Positions 1-10,470 of a stretch of DNA of 63,988 nucleotides are shown one piece after another (position 1 is the first letter of the stretch; each line of letters starts with the position of its first letter). The position numbers and the translations under genes were made by a program. The stretch comes from Hyphochytrium catenoides (Eukaryota; Protista; Hyphochytriomycota), in NCBI GenBank assembly GCA_900088475.1, contig FLMG01003780.1:16685-80672 (forward strand). The letters are read 5' to 3'. The notes beneath the pieces are model-generated. The model was not told the DNA's origin and made no database searches. It worked only from the letters and a program-made list of their open reading frames with translations.

Positions 1-643
1 AGGGAAACTGATCCTCCAGTTGCAACACGAGATAGCGCAACAGGTCAGCTGCCAGGTAGGAGCCTGTCTTCTCAAAGAAGTTTATAATCGTTGGTAGGCG
101 GACCGCAATGCGCTCACAATTCTGCCAGTTCTCATGGCCGTCACGGTCATCTCTGGCGAAATTGATCAATGCCCAGGCTGCAGCACTGACAGGATTTTCT
201 TCCTTTGGTAAGGGCCCTGGTGCAGCCTCATCGAGCACAGAGAGAAGAACCTCAATGGCCGAGGTAGTTGCGCCAATTTGTTCTCGTGCGTCCAGGCTGT
301 GGCACACTACATTTGACAGCAAGATGATCACGTGGCAAAGCGACTCAAGCGAGACCACATTCTTCTTTTTCTCTGCTAACACGAGCTGTACCAGCTTCGT
401 ACCGCCAAAAACGCTGTAAATTGCCACAGCTCCATCTGTCTTGGCACTGAGCTTAGCCAGGTCCCTCGTCTGCAGCTCATTCAAGGGCCTTCCCCCTTGC
501 ATAGTAGCGTCAGCCTGACTAACTACGCGTTCAACTTTACGGCGAAAGAGTCGTCTGGAGGTTCTGTCCAAGGCGCCTTTCATAACATCCTCACCTAACA
601 GCGGCCGCTGCGTTCGAACCATGACTCTAGTCCAGCGGGCCAT
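1..643 (-). CDS. Armadillo/HEAT-like helical repeat protein (partial, runs off the window start)
   Basis: Open minus-strand frame from ATG at 643 to position 2, absent from the ORF track because it has no stop in the window. It reads MARWTRV...LSNVVCHSLDAREQIGATTSAIEVLLSVL...AAAWALINFARD..., with ARM-like 'AAWALxN' and 'AIEVLLSVL' helices. Upstream exons are possible. Confidence 0.6.
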   Translation of the reverse strand, partial: MARWTRVMVRTQRPLLGEDVMKGALDRTSRRLFRRKVERVVSQADATMQGGRPLNELQTRDLAKLSAKTDGAVAIYSVFGGTKLVQLVLAEKKKNVVSLESLCHVIILLSNVVCHSLDAREQIGATTSAIEVLLSVLDEAAPGPLPKEENPVSAAAWALINFARDDRDGHENWQNCERIAVRLPTIINFFEKTGSYLAADLLRYLVLQLEDQFP

Positions 644-1778
644 GAAGGCACCTATTCTCACCTGTATTCCTTCTGTAAACGCTAGCCGTTGGTGCTAATG
701 GTAAGCAGAGGGTTGCGAAGTCATTTCACTCTCAGCTTGGCAACAAACATTTCAGCAATGGCTCACGCCGGCACCATGACGCTGTTTAATGGCTAGCTCG
801 TTCCCGTCAAACGCTTATCCAGACGGAGGCAGCCTTGACTTACAACGCAGGGTAGCGCTAATATCTGCAGACTCTTCAAAAGCAAACAGCGGAATAGTAA
901 CAATTGTCGATTGTGGCAGGATTCAATCCGCGGCGCTGGGCGGCGGCGGCGGCGGCCTTGAGCTGGCGCTGGGGCGAGAAAAATTGCGAGTGCGCGCTTC
1001 TGATTCCCCAGCCCGGAATTGAGACAAAACGGCCCACCCATGCGAAGCAAGGATTCAGGATTAAATGTATTTCAATTCTAGGTTTATATCATCTGGCCAT
1101 GATGATTCGCGATATGATCAGAAGAGAATGTTCTGAGCCCTAAATTGAGTTTTTACTTTGAGAGATATTTGACTCAGAAAGGTCAACACGCTGTCTTCTC
1201 TCTTTATTATAAATCTTTGGGGCCAGATGAAGATGGAGACGCGTCTGGTGAAGCGCCGGCATCGGAAAAGCAAGATGATTGAACTATTAGAGCTAGTGCT
1301 TGCCGTGAAGGGGGGCCTAGGATGGCAGGAGCTGAGTATGTTATGTCTCTCTTGCTGGTAAACTGCCCTCTATTGGAAGCTCTCTTCAACACGCCGAAGT
1401 TCTAGGCTATTTTCAAATTCATCGTGCTCAGGCTCTTAGTTACAGGCTGCACGTTCCTCCCTCAGTTGTTGGACTCATCATCAGCCTATCACTCCTTAGA
1501 AACGATACAAGTGCTATAAAGTCCCCATGATAAAGGTGGCTCAGGAAAAGGAGCGCAGTTAGCAGATTTCAGTCTTTATGGGTCACGCCAGGAGATTTGT
1601 CTGCCTATGTCTTTGCTGATTGTCATTAGTGGCGGGATTTGTGGGTCCAGCGCTTGGATCCCAACCCATAACCTTTCGCAGCGCAGGTGGTCTCTGCAGG
1701 TCCCATGCAGCTAAGATCAAGATATCGTCTACTTCCCCTCCCCCGAGCTCGGAACTGCTGCTCTAAGTCTTTTGGGTG

Positions 1779-3248
1779 CTAGTACTGGCTCTGGAATTCG
1801 ACTTGAAATGCTTTCACTTGAGACAGAACTGCCGCCTCCAGCGTCTTAAGCTGTTCCTTCACTGCTCCACTTTCAGCGCTAGGCGGGGACTTCGTGAATT
1901 TCTTTGTCACCTTCAGGAAGACAGGCGAGGAATAGAGGGAGTTAATTCAGTGAGCGCCACTTTGTGGATGTGCCCGTGCCCGGAGCCGCGTTTCTCAGTT
2001 AGAATTTTTTGGGGTTGGGAGGCAGAGTTGCTGGTTAGAGAAGAGAGAGAGACACAGATAGGGCGGCTAACAAGAATGACTTCGAGAGAGAGAAAGAAAG
2101 AGAGTCTTCGCCAAGAGCAAAGACTGCGGCTGTTACCTCATAATTGTTAAGATTATTATCTACGTCCGCGAAGTCTAGTTCCCCTGCGCAACTGCCGGCC
2201 GCGAGCGACATCGACCAGGAAACCGTGAAGTTGAGATCAAAAATGTATCTAGTTCGCAGTGAAGGCAGGACAGACTTGTGAGCCATCCCGAGGAGCACAG
2301 CGCAAGAGGTACGCGAGCCAGAGAAAGTAGCCAAGAGACAGAGACCTGGAGAACGCAGAGCACGTCAAAGCAGGTGAAGAAGAAGGGCGAGAGATGTAGA
2401 AGGGTGGCAAAAGTTGGTCAGAAGAAGCAAAACAATGGGCGGCAGCGCCAAGTAAAGCAGGAAAGACTAGATATGGAGATGGACAGCTCAGCGGCATGAC
2501 TGACCGTTTGGTGCCTCTGATCACGGCGACATGACAGTCTCCCTTCACCTTGCTCACGGCTGTCACCTTCAACTTCTCGTCTGTCTCTGACAAGTCTAGG
2601 CCCTGTAGCATCTCCCTCAGCCGCTGACTCGCCCAGCCGCTGACGTCTTTCTCTTCCCACGTCCCACCAGCGTTCCAAGCGGATCCTGAGGAGTTTGTTG
2701 GGGGACGCTTCTGAGGGCTGTTTGATCCTTCTGAGATCTTCTTAGGCTGAAGGTCTCCAAGCAGTTCTTTCTCGCTTGCGTCCAACTCTCTATGGAAGTA
2801 AGGCTTGCCATCCCGGTAGCCTAAATAGACAGAGAGGACACGGTGGAGAGAGAGAGAGAGAGACAGAGAGAGAGAGAGCGAGAGACAGAGAGAGAGACAG
2901 AGCGGTCAGCGGGTGTAAGGTATAGAACAAGACTGACGATGAGGTCGAGGGAGATAAGCCCGCCCACTGCGACCTCAGGAGAAGAGAATAAACCATATGG
3001 ACAGAGGGAAACGGAGGTCGAGAAACGAACAAGAAGAGCAGTCGCGGTGTGGGTCAGAGGGAAAGAGAGTAGGAGAGACAGGAAAGAGAAGGGAAAGAGG
3101 GAATGGGTGGAGATCAGGTAGGGACAGCTAAGGAAGGTAGCAACTCATAGTCTCTGAAGGATGAAAGGCGTGTTAGCCTTACTCCGTACTACCGTGGGAT
3201 ACCAGCCGGGTCCATAGAGAGGGAGGATTCATGAAGAGAGAGAGAAAC

Positions 3249-3283
<35 letters not shown>

Positions 3284-4591
3284 AAAGGAAAGACTAGTAG
3301 AGAGAGGCAGACAGACAGACAGACAGAAATGGTATTACAAAGAAGAGAAACGTGTTCCCCTTTCTTTCCCTTACCTCTCGCGTCCTTCAGATCCAGATCC
3401 TCGTCCTCCACCTTCACCACCTCAGTGCGGCTGCGGCTAGGCTGGGCCGGGGCAGGAGAGGCAGAGGGAGAGGAGAGGGAAGCACTTCGGGACGCTGTCT
3501 CTCTCTCTGCCTTCTTTTCCTCTTTCTTCGGCTCTGGCTTCTTGCAGATCCGCCTGTGGAATTGCCAATCGGACTTCTGCTCCCATAGAGAGCGGCGGAG
3601 AGGAGCGATGGCGGCGAGAAGGAGAGAAGAGAGAGAAGAGAGAGAGAGAGAAGATCATCTTCAGCGTCACTGGAGCGTGAAAGGAAGAAGCAGAGGGAGA
3701 AAAGAGAGACCGCAATGTGAGAGAGAGAAAGGAAAGGCACATCAACCTCCAGTTGAGAGAATAGTCAAGCTGTGGTCTGACGCACTGCAAATCTCCGCAA
3801 GAGGTCAGACAGCCATTCACTCGGCGACACGAGAAGAGCAAGAGCAAGAGAGAGGGAGAGAGAGAGAGAGAGGGAGAGAAATTATAAAGACGCGACAAAG
3901 CAGAGAGAGACATAGCAGGCTCTTCATGCCCCACCTGACAGTCTCTATTGCAATACTTCGCTTTCTTGCAGACAGAGCAGAGTAGTCGCGCCGCGGGCGC
4001 CTGGCAGTTCTTGCAGTTCACAGGCGCCGAAGGCCGCGATGAGACCTTCGCTGAGGGCCAAAGAGAAGAGAAAAGAGAGCGAAAAAGAGAGACAAAGAGA
4101 GAGAGATCAGCGAGAGAGGCAGAAGGAGGGGAGAGCATGAAAGAAGGACGGTGAGAAGCGAGAGACGGAAAAGCGAGAGGAAGAGAGCAGGAGCACGAGA
4201 GAAAGATACCACGATGCGTCCTTGACTTTCTCTTGTCGGCCTGTCTCTATCCTTCCTCTTTCTCTCTCTCTCCTCTCTCTCTCTACTCCCTCTTTCTCTC
4301 TCTCTCTCTCTCTCTCGCTCTCGCTCTCTCTTTCTCTCTCTCACTCCCTCTCTCTCTTTTCCCCTTGGCCGTACCGTTCTCCTTCTCATCATCGCTGTCC
4401 ACAATGTTATCAAAGCGGGAGTAGTCAATGGGACGCGCAGAAGGCAAAGAGTTGCCATCAGTCCTCTCTCTCTCTCCCGCTCTATCTCCTTTGTCTCTCT
4501 CCTGCCAGCGCTGCTGCGTGGCAGCGTCCTCGACACTAGTGTCCCAGCCAATGCTGGGGGAAGAGGAGGAAGGAGAGAGAGGAGAGGCCAT
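1779..4591 (-). CDS. Hsp90 co-chaperone-like protein: Cdc37-like acidic motif + MYND zinc finger + Aha1 N-terminal domain (~364 aa, 6 exons)
   Basis: Phase-consistent GT-AG exons 4591-4375, 4050-3935, 3576-3375, 2820-2505, 2248-2137, 1910-1779. MYND: CKNC...CSVCKKAKYCNRDCQ|KSDWQFHRRIC. Aha1_N: SAWNAGGTWEEKDVSGWASQRL...KGDCHVAVIRGTKR|YIFDLNFTVSW. Confidence 0.85.
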
Positions 4592-5043
4592 AGGTCCGAG
4601 CAGTCACTGTTTTCTGAGCGGTAATGACAGCAGAACGGAGAAGAGAGGACAGAGAGAGAGAGGCTCCCTTTCAAACTCTTTCCCTGCGGTCCAGGTCTCT
4701 CGTTGTCTGGTTCTCTCTGTGTTCCGTCTTCTGTCTACGATGCCACCTTCAGGTCGGGGCTGGGGAGAGAAGAGAGGAGAGAGAGAGAGAGAGAGAGAGA
4801 CAGATAGACACCTCTAGAGAGAATATCGGAGTTTACCGTTAGACAACGAGTCTAGGAAGGACCTTTTTGCATTGAGATAACTCCGCTAACGGTACACCCA
4901 TCAGGGACATGCCCCCTATCATTCTCTCTCTCTCTTCTGGCTGTTTCCTTCCTCTGTCACAGTGCTCTCTCCTCTCTGCGCTCAACTGGCAGGGGCAGGA
5001 AGAGAAAGGACAACAGAGCGCCTGAGCGCAGCGTGGAAAGAGG

Positions 5044-5085
<42 letters not shown>

Positions 5086-5305
5086 NNNNAGCAGAGAGTA
5101 GGAGGGTTTCCCGATTGTTTATAACTGTTAGGACTAATATACTTTACAACGAACATCCTTTCTCTCTCGCGCGCACCTCTTTCTCTCTCTCTGTCTTTCC
5201 TGCTCTTCTCTATCCACAATCTTCTTGCGCTTGGGCCCACTGTTTCGCCGACCAGGAACTCCCTGTCCTGGCCAACTGGTGTTGGGATAGAAGGCGAGGG
5301 AGAGG

Positions 5306-5358
<53 letters not shown>

Positions 5359-5385
5359 GAAAGGGAGGGAGACCACGTTGCGCGC

Positions 5386-8300
5386 TCAGCTCTCCATGAT
5401 AAAGTCACTCAGCTTCTCCAGCACCAGTGGCAGCGGTAGACCGAGCTGCTGCGCCAGCCCCAACGCCTGATCCTTTGATATCTGAAAGGTCTTTCCTCTG
5501 CTGCTGCCGTCCAGCCCCTGCTGCTCCACCCAGCGCTGCAGACGCTGCACGAAGATCTCCAGAGAGATGATGTCTCGGTCCTGCACCTCGCCCTCCGGTC
5601 CGTCCAGCAGCCCTGAGGGTGGCGCGTAGTTCTTGAGGATGAAAGGGTGAGAGAGGAGCTGCCGTGGTGTGGGACGCTGCGATGGTTCTCTCTTCAGACA
5701 GAGATCCACAAAGTCTACCAGCTCTTCGGGGAAGTCGCCATAGGAACGCAGCGAGGGCAGTGCCTTGTTCCTCACAGCCTCCACCACGCCCCAGAAGCCG
5801 TCCTTGCTGTCTATCGGCCGCCTGCCGATGGCGCAGGCCATGATGGTCAGACCAAACGACCAAATATCACTCTCCATGGCGTACTCTCCTCCCGCAATCC
5901 GCTCCGGTGCCATGTAAAAGACCGTGCCTGTGAAGGTAGTGGCGAAGGCCTCAGACTGTTCAAGCTGCTTGCTGATGCCAAAGTCGGAGATCTTGGCTGT
6001 TCCCTGTTTATCTATGAGGATGTTGCTGGGTTTGATGTCTCTGTGGATCAGCCGCTGCTCGTGCAGGTACTGGAGCCCGTGAAGCACATTGTGCGCGATC
6101 CTTGCCAATGTTCGCTCGCTGCACTTGACCTGCCTCGCGACCAGGTCTTCTAGGGAACCACCGTTCATATACTCGAGAACGATGGAGACAGTGCGATCAT
6201 TGGGGTTCGTGAAGGCGTCATAGAAGGCAATGACGCAGTGTCTGCCAAAGTTAGCAGAGTCTCTGATGCCCAGCGCTACAAAGTTGTTATGCTGCGCTTT
6301 CAGCTCGCGCACGAGCTGATGGCGCTTCTCTTTGTCATAGATTGTCACCACCTTCACAGCCACCAGGCGCATCGCCTGCGTGTCTAACGCCTTGTACACC
6401 TCACCGCCTGCCCCTGCTCCAAGCCGCTCCAGCATCAACAACCGCTCCGTGATGCTCAATGAGTTCTCAGAGTCACCTCGTCGCATGCCATTGGCCTACA
6501 AGAAGGACGGGGAACGGGGAACGAGGAAAGTAAGCGACCCGCGTTAGGTCCGGCCAAGTAAACAATAAAGAAGGCCAATAGAAACCTATTCCTTATTTCT
6601 TGTAAGGATCATACAAGCGGAGAGAGAGAGAGAGCAAAGAGAGAACTGAGCGAGGAGAAGGAACAGACAAGGGGAGAGAGAGAAAAAGAGACTGAGAGGT
6701 AGATGAGCTCGGATGGGAGCTGCGCACAGGTTCTTAAAGCCCGTCAAGCTGCATTTTACCTTGATCTCTAGCCCTTGGGTCAGCAGCGATCCCTCAGCCG
6801 AAAAGATGTAGGATTGTTGCAGCGGGTTGGCCCGCGGAATGTTCGCAATATCGAGCGAGAGATCGCCAATGGGAGTCGGACGGCGAGGTTTCTTCCCTCC
6901 CATACCCACCGCCCCAGTCTGCGCCGACGTAGCGACAGAAAGGGTAGAAGAAGCGTTGTGCCCTGGTGCAGGCGTCGGGCCAGCGCTAGTCACTGCTGTG
7001 GTCTGTAGGCTGGCCGGCCGGGTAAGAATCTTAGTTCCCACCGGCGGAGAAGTCTTTCCCGCAGGCGCGTTGGAGGCTGTCCCGGACATGACAAAGGCAG
7101 GCTGCACAGTCACAGACAGAGAACTGGTACTGGAGGATTGAGCATTGCGGTCGCTGACAGTTTGACTCTCTGATGGTGACTTGGCCGAAGAGCTCTCTGC
7201 CACTGCCACAGCAGCTGAGGGCGTGGAGGCCGCGGAAGACGAGGTGGTGGAGGAAGCAGGAGACACCCCACCGCGGACCGAGATGCGTGTGCGGGATATC
7301 ATGGTTGGGGAGCCTGAAGAGTTGAGGGGACTGCCGCTGAGCGTGGCAGCACCAGCGCGGGAAGGGTCCACATTGAGGAAGGAGCGGGATACGCGTCGCG
7401 ACTGGACTTGTGAGCGGCTTGGAGAGTTGACAGATGGTGCGGTGCCTGCGATCTGCGGCGGTGCCCCGGTCTTGCTCTCTGAGAAAGATCCCCGACGCGC
7501 GCGGGGAGAGTCGTTGAACCTTCGTTGCATCATAAAGCGCTCCACTTGCGTCACCGGCCTGCAGAGAAGGAGGGCCAGACACGATCAGATGCCGGAGAGA
7601 CGCCATCGAATGCGAGTAAACGCAATGTTAGATAGAGAAGTGGCGACCAAATGCAGGCAATTAGACAATCGCGTAGGCTCAAGAGGGACCTAGGAAACGC
7701 TTTACAGAGGTAAATAGAGGAGCTTGCGTAACGGGCAAAAACGAGCAGAGAAGTCGAAGAGAGAGAGTAGGAACTAAGGAGAGACAAAGGGAGAGAGAAG
7801 AATAACCAGCGGCAGAAAGAGCAACGTGACAGCAACTTGAGGGACAGCTGTCTGCCCAAAAGAAGAGAAAGACAAGGGCAACACACCTCTGGGCATTGAC
7901 TGGAGTCACCGCTGCCTCCTTGTTCGCTGCGGTGCTGGGAACTCCGCCGCCCACACTTCCCCGTGAATGAGTACTGGAGCTGCTACTGGCAAGCGAGCCA
8001 GCACTGACTCTGAAGTCTTTGTGCTCGCTGAAGGAGCTCCGGGTCATCCCGCCCTCTCCTTCTAGGCTGGCTGGAGGCGGCGCAGAGGCACATCTCTCTG
8101 AAGGAGAAACGGAGCTGTCTCCTGCCCTCCCGCTCTCTCGATGAGGCAGAGGATGGGTCACTCGACGCGTAGTTATCTTGCCTGGAGTAGGGGAATCCTC
8201 TCTGCGCCCTTCAATGATTAGACCGTCGCTCCCTCGTCGACCCTGGCTCTCTAGGCCAGGCCTCCCCTTCTCCTCTCCGTGGTCCTGCACATGGCCCTGG

Positions 8301-9655
8301 CTGTCTCCTGCTTTGTCTTCCATTCCTGCCAATCCCTGGCCCGCGAATAGACCTTCAGAGGCTCTGTTCTGTTGACCAACTGAGGCTGAGGACCACGCTT
8401 TCTTCAGATGAGGCTGTTGCGACTTCACATGAGAGAGAGACGAGACGACTTTCTTTCTTGTCGTGCACGCCTCACAACGCGGGTTGGCCTTCATCTGCCC
8501 AGGTATCTGGAGCAACCGCACATCGTGTACCACCAGCTTCCCGCGCTGATGGATCAACTGAGAGCAGTCATGGCAGTACACCAGCCCACAGTCATGGCAG
8601 AAAACGGCTGGCCCTGTCTCCTTGCAGCCTTGACAGATGCGATTGCACTCGGAGTTGTCCAGCTCTGTAGTCACATAGAAGGTCATTAAACGGTTCAGCG
8701 GCGACCTCCGTCTCCCCTTCGCCCCGACTCCTCCTGCTCTGTCTCTTCCCCCTGCTTGAGGAGAGTCTGACTTACAATAGGAGCGGAGGAAGAGGTTGGA
8801 GACATTCAGCCTGCTGATGAGAGCAGAAGAGCTCTTGCCTTCCTCTCCAATGTATTCCACACAGTTCGCCACTGTCGAAGCAAAACACTCGTCACAGCCT
8901 GGCAGTGTCAACGGCATGGGCGAGCTGTGGATCGGCCTGAAGTCGTGCACAACGAACTTTCCCTTCTGATGCAGCAGTGTGTTGCAGGCGTTGCAGTAGA
9001 TCAGTCCACAGTCATAGCACAGCCGCTCCGCCTGCCTCTTCTCACAAGACTGGCAGATCATCTGGTTGAGCGTGTCACTGAGCTCTGTCAGCACTACCGC
9101 GTGCACTGAAGATGGCTTCTGCGCCTCCGTTGGGGAGACAGAGTGCGCTGGTCGGCTAATGTGATAGTTCTGTACGCGATAGGAAACAGGAGTGTGTCCT
9201 CCCCCGCAGCCGTCAGCAACACGAGCCGGATCTGACACATGGATTGTCTTGATACCCAGTCCGCCGCCTCCGCCGGCTGACGCCTCCGGCAGCAGCGGAG
9301 AGTCATCAAAGTCTTCTAGCGCGTCATCGATATCGTAGGCATCTTCCAGCCCTGCAAAAGGGTCAGAGACGCCGCTTCCAGTCTGAGGACTAGCGATGAT
9401 GAGCTCTGAGTCACCTGCGAGGTCGTGCAAACGATAGTCGCGCTGCGGCTCTCTCCCTCCATAACCTGACGGTCCCAGCGAGCTGCTCTTTGGTCGGGAA
9501 AGAGGGTTGATGGGTCCCATGACAGAGCCCATAAGGCAGAGAGACATCATGACGTTATCCTTGCCACGGCCATCCTGGTTCTGTCGCCGATCTTCGGCAG
9601 ACAGAGGAGCAGTCAGGCTCTGCTGGAGTGGCGGTGCTGCATCTGTGTCCGGCAT
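5386..9655 (-). CDS. MAP kinase kinase (STE7 family) with two N-terminal B-box zinc fingers (~1,225 aa, 3 exons)
   Basis: Exons 9655-7887, 7558-6760 and 6495-5386 join in frame (NAQR|PVTQ; LEIK|ANGM). Kinase motifs are GAGAGG, VAVK, HRDIKPSN, DFG and an S-x5-T activation loop SEAFATTFTGTVFYMAPER. Two B-boxes follow the pattern CxxC...CxDCxxxYCxxCxxxxHxxGxxxxH. Confidence 0.88.
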
Positions 9656-10438
9656 AGTGAGAAGAAGGAAGAGATGGATGGGGAAAGAAGAAGAAGCAGA
9701 ATGAGGAAACAACGGCGTGTTATCAAGAGATGGCTATGGCCTTCGATAGGCAGGCTTCATCTCTCCGTGGAGAGACGAGATAAGAGAAGAAGATAATGAA
9801 GCCAAGCGATCCAGGGCGGACGACCCTCTCTCCTCAAAGGCTGAGCCTTTACCTTTACATTCACCAAGAGATCCAGAGAAGAGGACGCTAGAGCACAGTT
9901 AGAGAAGGAGTAAGCTAAAGAGGATAGCAAGGGGATTGGAAAAAGAAGGGAAGCGAGCTCTGTCTCCTTCTTAGAGCGAGCTGATCAAGCTAAGCGTCTC
10001 TCACGAAGGGAAGACAAGATCTTTTCTCCTTCCGCTTCTGCACTTTCTCTCCTTTTGGCTGGCGATCTCTCTCTCTCGCTCTCTTTCTCCTTTCAAAATC
10101 GTCCTTGACTTGGCATCTCCACCAGGATCATCCAACTTCTAGTCAAGCTTGAGAAAAGAGATATGAAGATCTATGGCTGTATCTCTAGAAATGCTTCTCC
10201 CTTTCTCTCTTTCTCTCTCTCGCGCTGTTTCTCTCTCTCTCTTCGTTCTCTCTCCGCTCCTCCGTCTCACATTGGTCTTATCCTCCTCCGCCCTCCTATC
10301 GTCCTTAGCTGATCGAGTGCTTTGTGAATCTTTTTTATCGAGAGGGAAGGTTGCTCTTCTCTTTTTCCTCTCTTCTCTGCAGTGTTCTGAGCGCAACCCC
10401 CAGTCTGTCTGGCGCNNNNNNNNNNNNNNNNNNNNNNN

Positions 10439-10470
<32 letters not shown>

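Noticed and set aside
2790-5408. Many ORFs rich in ER/RE or SL/LS repeats
   Set aside because: They are translations of (GA/CT)n microsatellites in introns and spacers, not proteins.
8814-8840. CTGATGA-stem resembling a hammerhead ribozyme core (also near 11898 and 45314)
   Set aside because: No GAAA follows stem II and no closing stems are present; the first site lies in coding sequence.
5405-9704. Overlapping and antisense ORFs over the MAPKK gene
   Set aside because: Shadow frames of a GC-rich CDS with no domain signal.
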